Positions 38,585-47,472 of a DNA stretch of 64,000 bases are shown here, in pieces. Both the position numbers and the translations under genes were made by a program. A model generated the notes under the pieces. It was not told the DNA's origin. It searched no databases and saw only the letters and a program-made list of their open reading frames with translations. How positions within the stretch are numbered: the stretch's first letter is position 1; each line of letters begins with the position of its first letter. Source of the DNA: Gemmatimonadota bacterium (GTDB taxonomy: Bacteria; Gemmatimonadota; Gemmatimonadetes; Gemmatimonadales; GWC2-71-9); contig JBDHAB010000002.1 in NCBI GenBank assembly GCA_039588295.1, positions 143,663-207,662 on the forward strand, read 5' to 3'.

Positions 38585-38965
38585 ATGACTGATCCGGCCA
38601 GCCTGAGCCGTCGCGAGCGGGAGATCATGAACATCGTCTACCAGCTGGGCGAGGCCGGGGCCGCCGAAGTCGCCCGGCGGATGGCGGACGATCCGGGCTA
38701 CGACTCGGTGCGGGTAACGCTCGGCATTTTGGAGAGAAAGGGCCACGTGAAACATCGGAAGGACGGCCGACGAAATGTCTATTATCCGACCGTCCCTCGC
38801 GAACGGGCGACGAAGAATGCCGTCAAAAACCTTCAGAAAACGTTCTTCCGCGGGTCTCCGTCCAAGGCGATCCTGACCATGCTGGACATGTCCTCCGCCC
38901 GACTCACTCAAGCCGAGCTGGACGAGATCGCCCAGTGGATCGAGAAGGAAAGGAAGTTCAAATGA
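38585..38965 (+). CDS. BlaI/MecI/CopY family repressor
   Basis: LSRREREIMNIVY, YDSVRVTLGILERKGHV, TFFRGS. Confidence 0.93.
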   Translation: MTDPASLSRREREIMNIVYQLGEAGAAEVARRMADDPGYDSVRVTLGILERKGHVKHRKDGRRNVYYPTVPRERATKNAVKNLQKTFFRGSPSKAILTMLDMSSARLTQAELDEIAQWIEKERKFK

Positions 38966-40671
38966 TATCGTACCTGGCCGCGTCGATCGCCGCCGACCTC
39001 CTGCTCAAGGCATCCGTCGTCCTGCTGGTCGCGTGGATCGCCACTCGTTCCCTCTGGTGGACCTCGGCCGCTATCCGGCACGCGATCTGGTGCCTGGCCT
39101 TCCTCGCCCTCATGGTTTTGCCGGCGCTCGAGCGGGTACTGCCGTCCTGGGGACTTGACTCGCTGGTGAGCCAACAGACCGTTGCTCCCAGTGAGACCGC
39201 GTCGCCCACCGTACCCGTCGTGGCCGAGGTGGCGGTATCCGCGCAGGTGCCCCCTGCGCCCGCGCCGCCACCGGCTGCGCGGCCTCCAATCGAGGCACTG
39301 CTGTTCGGTGGGCTTCTCCTTTGGATGGGAGGCGCCGCCCTGATCCTCGGGCGGCTCGCGTTGCATGCCCGTCGTGCCTCGCAGCTCACGGCTCGCGGTT
39401 CACCGGCGAGTTCCGAGCTCATGCGCAGTCTCTCGGCAGCTTCCCTCGCGTTGGGCGCCCGTCGACGGATACGCGCCGTCGTGAGTAACGAGATCCCGAT
39501 CCCCGCGTCGTGGGGCATCGTGCGTCCCGTCATCCTGCTGCCCGCCGGCGCCGAGTCGTGGCCCCGGGAGCGACTCCACGCGGTGCTCACCCACGAGATC
39601 GCGCACATCGCGCGGCACGACTACGTCCTCCATCTTCTGGGCGAGTTGGCCCGCGCGTTGTACTGGGTGAACCCGCTCATATGGATCGCCGCACGACGGA
39701 GTGCGATGGAGCGTGAGCGCGCCTGCGACGACGTTGCCGTCCGATCGGGCGTCGAGCGGGATGCCTACGCATCGCGTCTCCTCGAGATCGCGCGTCTGCA
39801 ACTCTCGCCACCGGCCGCTACCGGCGCGCTCGCCATGGCCGAACGCTCTGGCCTGGCCGAACGCGTACGCGGGATTCTCAATCGGACGACGAACCGCTCA
39901 CCCGTGGGCGCCGCTCGGCTCGCGGTCATCGCAGTGGCCGCGGCACTCGTCGCCGTCCCGGTCGCCGCGTTCCAGATCACCCAAGACCGTCCACCTTCAA
40001 TCGCACAGTTGCTCGAGGATCTGAAGAGCGACGACGTCACCGTTGCCCGTCGTGCGGCCTGGTGGCTCGGCGAGCGCGAGGACTGGAGCACCGTGGATGC
40101 GGTGATTGACGCCATTCGTCGAGGCCATCCGGACGTTCAGCTTGCTGCCGCCTGGGCCCTAGGCGAGATCAAGGATCCGCGCGCCATCAACAGCTTGGCC
40201 GAGTTGCTCGACAGCGGCGATCCGCTGCTTCGAGAGATGGCAACGCTGTCGCTCGGCGAAATCGAGAGTCCCGAGGCCGTGCCGACCCTGATAGCCGCGT
40301 ACGAAGCCGACGCCACGCTCGGTACCGCCGTGATCTGGGCGCTGGGCGAGATCGATTCCGATGAGGCGGAGGCAGCGCAGTACCAGACCGCGAAGGAGCT
40401 GGGGCGACCGCTCGGCACGCACGAGCAAGTGTGGATCGGCCCGCTGGACGTGAAATGGGACGCCGAAGTGTCGCAAAGCGCATCGCAACTGATCCGCGCA
40501 CTGCAATCGTCATCCACGGCAGCGACCCGTCGTCTCGCCGCACGCGATCTCGGGCTGCTCGGCGAGTTCAGCGCCGTCGACCCCTTGCTCGACGCCATGC
40601 GCGACCCCGATCCCATGGTGCGCTCGATGGCGGTGTGGGCGTTGGACGAGATCAACCCGTCGAGGAAGTAA
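38962..40671 (+). CDS. M56 (BlaR1/MecR1-like) metallopeptidase with C-terminal HEAT repeats
   Basis: SAAIRHAIW, HEIAHIARHD, YWVNPL, ERACDD; AAWALGEI-type repeats; ATGA-coupled. Confidence 0.92.
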   Translation: MISYLAASIAADLLLKASVVLLVAWIATRSLWWTSAAIRHAIWCLAFLALMVLPALERVLPSWGLDSLVSQQTVAPSETASPTVPVVAEVAVSAQVPPAPAPPPAARPPIEALLFGGLLLWMGGAALILGRLALHARRASQLTARGSPASSELMRSLSAASLALGARRRIRAVVSNEIPIPASWGIVRPVILLPAGAESWPRERLHAVLTHEIAHIARHDYVLHLLGELARALYWVNPLIWIAARRSAMERERACDDVAVRSGVERDAYASRLLEIARLQLSPPAATGALAMAERSGLAERVRGILNRTTNRSPVGAARLAVIAVAAALVAVPVAAFQITQDRPPSIAQLLEDLKSDDVTVARRAAWWLGEREDWSTVDAVIDAIRRGHPDVQLAAAWALGEIKDPRAINSLAELLDSGDPLLREMATLSLGEIESPEAVPTLIAAYEADATLGTAVIWALGEIDSDEAEAAQYQTAKELGRPLGTHEQVWIGPLDVKWDAEVSQSASQLIRALQSSSTAATRRLAARDLGLLGEFSAVDPLLDAMRDPDPMVRSMAVWALDEINPSRK

Positions 40672-40700
40672 CCCGGCAGGCAATGATGACTAAGGGCGCG

Positions 40701-40734
40701 TGCTATGCTCGTAACTGAAAGAATTTTTTCGATA
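40701..40734 (+). promoter_or_regulatory. Extended -10 promoter plus candidate BlaI-family operator 2
   Basis: TGcTATGCT 40701-40709; TGAAAGAATTTTTTCGATA 40716-40734 directly before ATG 40735. Confidence 0.55.
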
Positions 40735-42978
40735 ATGGCCACCTCAGTGTTCCGCCTGGGACTCGCGGTGCTGCTGGTCGTACCCGGGGCTCAGCGCCCC
40801 GCGCCACTTGTGGCACAGGCCATGGAACAAGACACCGTTCCCCCCGTTCCCAACGTCTCAATCACGAGGATCACGGAGCCCATCATTCTCGATGGGGTTT
40901 CCGACGAGCCCGTCTGGCGCACCATCGATCCCCTGCCCCTCACGATGCGCGAGCCGCTTCACCACGGGGAGTTGACCGAGCGCACCGAGATCCGCATTGC
41001 ACACGACGAGTCATACCTCTACGTGTGCGGCCGCTTCTACGACTCGGATCCATCGGGTATTCGCGTCAACTCGATGTACCGCGACCAGTCGCGTGGCGAC
41101 GATATCTTCGGACTCCTCGTCAATCCCTACGACGACAACGACATTGGCCTCGTGTTCTGGACCACGCCGGCGGGCGTGCGTATAGACGTCGAGGTACCGG
41201 CGGACGCTCAAGCCGGCTTCAACGGCAATTGGAACACGTATTGGGACGTCGCCACGCGACAGACCGACGAGGGGTGGTTTGCCGAGATGCGGATTCCCTT
41301 CACGAGCCTGGGGTTCCAGGCGAGTGCGGGGCAGGTCCCGATCGCGTTCACGACGTATCGCTACATCGCGCGCAAGAACGAGCGCCAGATCTTTCCCGAT
41401 ATCGCTCCGGAATACGACTTCTTCCGCGCCTCCCTGGCGTACAGCACCGTACTCGAGGGTATCCAGTCGCACCGACCGGTCTACATCACCCCCTACGTGC
41501 TGGGCGGCGCCGCGCAGAGGAACGAGCTGAACGCCGCCGCCACCGAGTTCCAGATGCAGACCGATGAGGAGGCCGAAGCGGGGCTCGATCTCAAGTACAA
41601 CGTCACGGATAACCTCACGCTCGATCTCACAATCAATACTGACTTCGCCCAGGTCGAAGCGGACGATCAACAGATCAATCTCACCCGGTATCCGCTCTTC
41701 TTTCCCGAAAAACGGCAGTTCTTTCTGGAGCGATCCGGCACTTTCGCGTTCAACACCGGTGGCTCGACACGGTTGTTCCACTCACGGCGCATCGGTCTGG
41801 TAAGTGGCGAGCCGGTCCGCATCTTTGGCGGGGTCCGCCTGGTGGGCCGGGTGGGTCAGTGGGACGTCGGGGTGCTCAACATACAGACCGCCAAGACCGA
41901 CGCCCTGGCATCCGAGAACTTCGGTGTGGCGCGTGTCCGCCGTCGCGTGATCAACGAGAATTCGAACGCGGGAGCGATACTCACCACGCGCATCACCACA
42001 GATGGCGGGTACAACGTGGGTTACGGACTGGACAGCCGAATCCATCTCTTCGGAGACGACTACCTGACGCTACAGTGGGTACAGACGCTGGACGACGGGA
42101 TCATCGATGCCCAGGGCTTCCGGTTCGTGGAATCGGGACTCGCGCGATTCACGTACTACAGAGCCCGCAATCGCGGGTTCACCTACTGGTTTCAGGGTCG
42201 CTACCAAGGTGAGGATTACCTGCCGGGTATGGGATTCATCGGTCGGCAAAACTTCTCCGACTTCTTCTACTCGCTGGCATATTTCCACTATCCGGAAGGC
42301 GAGGGGCCGTTCCGACGAATCGATCCGTTTCAATTGTTCGGATCGGTCGCGCTCAGGAACAACGACGGGTCAGTCGAATCCGCCTTCATCGAGCACGATT
42401 TTGACTTGCAGTGGCGGTCGGGAGCGAGCCTGGGATTGGATCTCGAGCTGTACTACGACGACCTGCGGGACCCGCTCGACTTCCCAAGCGAGTCACGGGT
42501 GCCGATTGGGAGTTACTGGTATCCCCGGTTCGAGTTCGACTACAACATGCCGCCCGGTGATCTGCTGCGCGCGAGCGTCGGCGGGGGCATTCAGAAGTTC
42601 TACGACGGTTGGCGCTGGAATGTGTGGGCGGGACCCCTGTGGAACATCTCTCGCCACTTCGGTCTCAACGCCCAGTACGGATTCGACTACGTGCGTTTCC
42701 CCGATCGCGATCAAGGGTTCGACTCCCACCTGTTGCGGTTGCGCTCCAACTTCGCGCTGAACACCAAGCTCTCGGTGAACGCGTTCGTCCAACTCAGTAA
42801 CACGCGTCACCTCATGGCGGCGAACGTGCGCCTCCGGTACAACTTCCGCGAGGGGAACGATCTCTGGATCGTCTACAGCGAGGGCTGGAACCTCGATCTG
42901 GATCGCGTGAGCCCGACTCTGCCCAGAACGGACAGTCGGACGGTATTAGTCAAGTACACGCATACGCTTGCACGGTAG
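40735..42978 (+). CDS. CBM9-like + DUF5916 outer-membrane protein
   Basis: LDG..DEPVW, EMRIPF.SL, NTDFAQVEAD, FFPEKRQFFLE, FHSRRIG. Confidence 0.88.
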   Translation: MATSVFRLGLAVLLVVPGAQRPAPLVAQAMEQDTVPPVPNVSITRITEPIILDGVSDEPVWRTIDPLPLTMREPLHHGELTERTEIRIAHDESYLYVCGRFYDSDPSGIRVNSMYRDQSRGDDIFGLLVNPYDDNDIGLVFWTTPAGVRIDVEVPADAQAGFNGNWNTYWDVATRQTDEGWFAEMRIPFTSLGFQASAGQVPIAFTTYRYIARKNERQIFPDIAPEYDFFRASLAYSTVLEGIQSHRPVYITPYVLGGAAQRNELNAAATEFQMQTDEEAEAGLDLKYNVTDNLTLDLTINTDFAQVEADDQQINLTRYPLFFPEKRQFFLERSGTFAFNTGGSTRLFHSRRIGLVSGEPVRIFGGVRLVGRVGQWDVGVLNIQTAKTDALASENFGVARVRRRVINENSNAGAILTTRITTDGGYNVGYGLDSRIHLFGDDYLTLQWVQTLDDGIIDAQGFRFVESGLARFTYYRARNRGFTYWFQGRYQGEDYLPGMGFIGRQNFSDFFYSLAYFHYPEGEGPFRRIDPFQLFGSVALRNNDGSVESAFIEHDFDLQWRSGASLGLDLELYYDDLRDPLDFPSESRVPIGSYWYPRFEFDYNMPPGDLLRASVGGGIQKFYDGWRWNVWAGPLWNISRHFGLNAQYGFDYVRFPDRDQGFDSHLLRLRSNFALNTKLSVNAFVQLSNTRHLMAANVRLRYNFREGNDLWIVYSEGWNLDLDRVSPTLPRTDSRTVLVKYTHTLAR

Positions 42979-43057
42979 GTCAGGCGCGTGCCCGTCGAGA
43001 GTTCTTGACCGTCTTCCAACGCGTGGAACACGCGAGGAAGCATGAGTGACGTTCTCT

Positions 43058-44599
43058 CTACGGCCACGTGTTCTCCATCCGTTGAAATGGAGTCACAAGC
43101 CGCTCCGCCGCGTAGGGGCTCAAGTTGTAAGAGAGCGCGTACTGGTCATGTCGCTGCTGGGAATCGAGATTCATGTCGACGGCCTGTTGGTAGCGGACCA
43201 CGGCGTCCTCCCTCCGGCCCAGCAGATCGAGCATGTGCCCCTGCCAGATCAGCGCGACTGCCAGGCGAGACACCGTTTCCTCTTCGCGCGCCACCTCCTC
43301 AAGTCGTTGGAAGGCAAGCAGCGCTTCCTCATACTGTGCCGCGTCGTACAGTGCGAACCCGAGCTTGAGGAAACCCGACTGCTCCTCGATCCGCTGCAAC
43401 CACTCCCGTCTATAAGCTCGAGCCACTTCCTGGTTACCGCGCCTGCCCCAGCCCGCCGCCTTGAGGTGGTAGAGTGGCGAACCCCTCCACGCGGTACGCC
43501 ACCCTTCCAAGTGTTTCTGGTAGGCGGCCATTTGGGCGGCATCGACATCCGGTAGCTCCCGCAGGAACCCCGCGAGAGCCGAGAAGAACTCCTTGGTATC
43601 CTCGTTATAGATGGAGTGTCCGCCGTTCTCGAAGATCCGAACGCGGGCGTTCGGATGGTTGCCAATCAAGACGTCCTTCTTCTCGACACCCCATGTCAAA
43701 TCCCACTCGCCTTCCATGATCAGCGTGGGGATGGGGTTCCGATCGAACGCCCCGGTGAGGTCGACCTTTTGTGCACTCTCGTTCATGATCGGGTTGAAAT
43801 CGTCGTCGTGGACCCATTCATAGAACGCTGTCTGTGCCATCCGCTCGGGCGACGGCTTGAACAGGTGTTGGCGCTTCCAATCACCATTGATGTGGTTGTT
43901 GTAAACGAGCAGCCGGACGTATTTCGCCCGGTCCCATTCAACACGGGTCCGCAGCTCCCGCAGCTGGGTACGAATCTCTCTCATCCGGTCGATCTCACTT
44001 TGGAACATGAAATCGCGCTGCCGGCTCGAGCCCAGATCACTCCACATCCCTGGGCTCGCTCCGACCAGAACGAGACCTGCCACGTTCTGTGGATAGGTCG
44101 TGGTGTAGTACTGTGCGAGAAAGCCTCCGTAGGAGAATCCCAGCAGCACAAACTTCTCGATCCCCAGCGCTTGACGTAGGCCGTCGAGGTCCTCAACGGC
44201 CTGCTCGACCGAGTATCCGTCTCCGTCCGGCTCGTAGTCGGAGAGACCACACCCCCGCTGGTCATAGTAGATGACTCGGGCGAACTCCCTCGCTCTGCCG
44301 AACCAAGGGTGGAATCCGTGGTGCGTACCGCCAGGGCCACCATGCAGCAACACGAGCGGAATCCCGGATCCTTCCTCCTCCACGTAGAGCTCGGCGTCAC
44401 CCAAGCGGACTCGGCGCACATGTAGGTTGAGGCGCTCTTCCCAGCGTGGCGTCGCCGGAATCTCGGTGTACAGTTTCTGATCGAGCCGCACGATGCTGTC
44501 GAACACGGACTCCCGCCCTTGAGCGTGACCCACCGATGTAAGTGCTATCGCCGAAGAAACGAGAAAGAAGGCAAGTGCGAGGCGTGGATATGTGCGCAT
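43058..44599 (-). CDS. Exported alpha/beta hydrolase (proline iminopeptidase-like) with C-terminal TPR
   Basis: GGAGGA RBS; HGGPG, YDQRGCGLS, GFSYGG, GGH. Confidence 0.88.
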   Translation of the reverse strand: MRTYPRLALAFFLVSSAIALTSVGHAQGRESVFDSIVRLDQKLYTEIPATPRWEERLNLHVRRVRLGDAELYVEEEGSGIPLVLLHGGPGGTHHGFHPWFGRAREFARVIYYDQRGCGLSDYEPDGDGYSVEQAVEDLDGLRQALGIEKFVLLGFSYGGFLAQYYTTTYPQNVAGLVLVGASPGMWSDLGSSRQRDFMFQSEIDRMREIRTQLRELRTRVEWDRAKYVRLLVYNNHINGDWKRQHLFKPSPERMAQTAFYEWVHDDDFNPIMNESAQKVDLTGAFDRNPIPTLIMEGEWDLTWGVEKKDVLIGNHPNARVRIFENGGHSIYNEDTKEFFSALAGFLRELPDVDAAQMAAYQKHLEGWRTAWRGSPLYHLKAAGWGRRGNQEVARAYRREWLQRIEEQSGFLKLGFALYDAAQYEEALLAFQRLEEVAREEETVSRLAVALIWQGHMLDLLGRREDAVVRYQQAVDMNLDSQQRHDQYALSYNLSPYAAERLVTPFQRMENTWP

Positions 44600-44681
44600 G
44601 TTACGGTTCCTCCAAATCAAACACCCGACGCTAGGTACAGCATTCATCCTGGGCATGTGATGTTGCCGCGCTATGAACCGG

Positions 44682-45221
44682 TCATGGACCAGCACGATCG
44701 CGAACACCCGTGATGTCAACGATCGTGTCGGCGACCATGAGCGATCCCCTTGCCAGAAGCACCATCACAATAGGTGCAAGAACAAGCGCAATGACGAGAC
44801 CCGACCAGCCAACAGTTCCACCCTGCAGCAACCGACGGAAGAGGTACAGCGAGAATGGGACGTTGATGAGCAGGCCACTGACTACACCCGGGCTGTATCT
44901 CCGAAATCGGATCGTGCTCGCTGCATGGGGGACGAGCGCATTCACGAAGATGGTGGCCTGCGTCAGCAGCATCGCAAACGTCGTGACAGAGTTTTCCGGT
45001 GAGGCGGCCACAAATGCGGCTACAACAATCGTGAGTAGTGTGAGAAGGATGACGGCAACCGTGAACCGGAGCGTGTTCACTTCCGGAACGGTCCCTGGCG
45101 GAAGCTGACGGGTCCACCGCTCCATCAGCGGTGCCTCTTCGGCGTTATGAATCGCGAAGAACACCGGTACGAGCCATACCAGCTGTTGGAGGCTCAAGTC
45201 GTCGAGGACAGGGACAGCCAT
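44682..45221 (-). CDS. HXXEE-domain membrane protein
   Basis: HNAEE, YSPG, multiple TMs. Confidence 0.85.
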   Translation of the reverse strand: MAVPVLDDLSLQQLVWLVPVFFAIHNAEEAPLMERWTRQLPPGTVPEVNTLRFTVAVILLTLLTIVVAAFVAASPENSVTTFAMLLTQATIFVNALVPHAASTIRFRRYSPGVVSGLLINVPFSLYLFRRLLQGGTVGWSGLVIALVLAPIVMVLLARGSLMVADTIVDITGVRDRAGP

Positions 45222-45338
45222 ATGGCTAGTTAGTCCTGGTACCCCGCAACTACACACTTGGGCTCATGACAGGGTGCCGACCGGCGTGCACACGTCTCCT
45301 TCGGCTCGGGAGGATCAGGCACGGATGTTGCCGCGTAC

Positions 45339-46217
45339 CTACGGACCAGGAGATTCCCCGAGGCTGCTACGAATGAACTGACCCCAGCCCTCATTCGTCA
45401 TCTGCTCAATAAACCGTAACCGCAGCTTGCCGCTTCGATACCCCGGCTCGTCCGGGAGGTCGATCTCATAATCGACGATATGCCCGTCCGCCCGGCTCAC
45501 CCATATCGCGCCGCCGCGATCCTCGAGGCCCGGGCCATTCACCTCGTACTTGCGACACGGCACCTCGTACCGGACCTCCTCTCCCACGTAGCGCATCTCG
45601 ACGAGGCCCTTGAACGCGAATCGGAACCCGCCCGGTGACCGAACGACATCAGCAATCCCAATGTTGAAGGGCGCATGGGGATCTACAAGGTGCCGCAACG
45701 ACATGTTGAGACTGGCGAAATCGAAGTCGTAGCTGTGCCACGGCAGGTACTCGATTCGGACCGTATCGGTAGGTCCGAACCAGACCTCCACACTCTGCAG
45801 CGAATCGAGGTATCGGAGCTTGGCAACCGCCGACCGTTCGCCAGCGGACCCCAGCCGCCACGACTCGAACCGCCGTACCGAGAACGTTTCCCAGTCCAAC
45901 TCGGCCGTCACCAATGTTCCGCTCCGACTCCATGGACTCCACTTGAAGGACTCGACATGACCGGTATCCGCAACGAACAGCGACACATTGCTGGCATGGG
46001 TGCCGTCGATATTCGATTTCTCGTAGTGGTAGACAAGACCGGTCTCGATCTTCTGCGCGTCGAATTGAAACCGATCGATGGACCCGCTTGATGATGACTG
46101 GGCCGGGAGCGGCTGGGTCGCCAACAAAAAGAACAGCAGCCGGCAGAACAACGGTCGTCCCGTTGTGATCGTCCGTTGCAGGCGAACCGCGCAGACGGAC
46201 GCCGACGCCCCACGCAC
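45339..46217 (-). CDS. Exported hypothetical protein
   Basis: GTG 46217 with GGAGG RBS; YEKSNIDG, PWHSYDFDFASL. Confidence 0.65.
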   Translation of the reverse strand: MRGASASVCAVRLQRTITTGRPLFCRLLFFLLATQPLPAQSSSSGSIDRFQFDAQKIETGLVYHYEKSNIDGTHASNVSLFVADTGHVESFKWSPWSRSGTLVTAELDWETFSVRRFESWRLGSAGERSAVAKLRYLDSLQSVEVWFGPTDTVRIEYLPWHSYDFDFASLNMSLRHLVDPHAPFNIGIADVVRSPGGFRFAFKGLVEMRYVGEEVRYEVPCRKYEVNGPGLEDRGGAIWVSRADGHIVDYEIDLPDEPGYRSGKLRLRFIEQMTNEGWGQFIRSSLGESPGP

Positions 46218-46267
46218 GTCACCCTCCTGGTAACGACACGTGCGTGTCAACCGGCGGCCGCGGATCC

Positions 46268-46708
46268 TCACGCCCTCTCTCCCTCCGGCTCAAAGGACTC
46301 GTGGCGAGTGCTGATCTTCCAGTACCCGCCATGCCGGACATAGACCGCGGTCCAGACACCCTTCAAATCCGTGCGCACTCCGGCCGTATCCGTCGACGAC
46401 CAGCGAACGGTCGCCGTCAGGGCAGCCACATCGCCGCTAAGGACCTGGACGCGCATCTCGTCCCATACCGCGAGGTGCGTCTCTCGAAGCGCGGCATAGA
46501 ACGCTCGCGCGTCTTCGGCGAATCGTTCGAACGACGGATACAACGACCCATTGCTGGCGACGATCGCATCCGGCTCGTAGTAGCTCAAGGCTTGGGTGGC
46601 GTTCTCCGACTCCAGATGCTGCCACGCCGCCTGTTTTACCGCCTCCGCAATGGCCGAGCGTTGCGCGCTATCGAGCGCGGGTGAGGTTGGGTCATCACGC
46701 TCCGTCAT
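46268..46708 (-). CDS. SnoaL/NTF2-like (DUF4440) protein
   Basis: VWTAVYVR..G.WKI..HES. Confidence 0.8.
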   Translation of the reverse strand: MTERDDPTSPALDSAQRSAIAEAVKQAAWQHLESENATQALSYYEPDAIVASNGSLYPSFERFAEDARAFYAALRETHLAVWDEMRVQVLSGDVAALTATVRWSSTDTAGVRTDLKGVWTAVYVRHGGYWKISTRHESFEPEGERA

Positions 46709-47298
46709 TGGGAACGCTCCGTGCGTCGCGGACGCCTTGGCAGTGGAAGGTAGCGCGGGATGCTCTTGCAGTACGCTTCATAGTCACCGCCGTGCTTGGC
46801 CCGCAGGTGTTCTTCTTCGGTGCGCACCATGATGTGGGCCATGGCGAGGAACAGCGCGACCCATCCGACCGCGTACCAGGAGGGCCACACGAGAGCGAGT
46901 CCGACGATCAGCGGCGCGCCACCCACGACTTGGGGATTGCGCGATACGCGATACGGCCCCAGCTGTTTCAGCACGTCGGTATCTCGCCCGTTTGAGCGGC
47001 TCCACCCAAGGTAGCCCATGGAGTACACCACGAGGAGGAGACCGGTGAAGAGAGAGACGAGTGCGAGGACCTGGACTCCGATACCCCACGGCGGGTCCGC
47101 AGGCCAAAGCCGGAACCAGTTTCGCGGGTTGTAGAGGTACGGGAAAGTGAAGAAGAGACCCCAGATCAAGAGCTGGAGCGCATAGGCGAATAGCGTGAGG
47201 CGCCCCTTCCTCAGGTAGTCACGTCGAACGACGAGCCGGAACACGAGAAACGCCGCGGCGAGCAGGAGTAACGCGGCAACGAGGACGGTCCTGAACAT
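46705..47298 (-). CDS. Isoprenylcysteine carboxyl methyltransferase / PEMT family
   Basis: GPYRVSRNP, EEEHL..HG.DY..Y...PRY. Confidence 0.85.
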   Translation of the reverse strand: MFRTVLVAALLLLAAAFLVFRLVVRRDYLRKGRLTLFAYALQLLIWGLFFTFPYLYNPRNWFRLWPADPPWGIGVQVLALVSLFTGLLLVVYSMGYLGWSRSNGRDTDVLKQLGPYRVSRNPQVVGGAPLIVGLALVWPSWYAVGWVALFLAMAHIMVRTEEEHLRAKHGGDYEAYCKSIPRYLPLPRRPRRTERSQ

Positions 47299-47472
47299 GC
47301 TGGTGAGTCTCCACCTGCCGATCCACACCTAAGGTGCTGGCGTTCTGCCGGCCCTGACAAGCGGAACGGGTTCGCTCGGGAATGGGCTTGGTGCGATGCA
47401 CAATCCAAACGCCCGAAATGGCGATGGGTGCGGTGGCGAACAGCGGGGTGAGCGCGATGAAGGCGTCGGACA

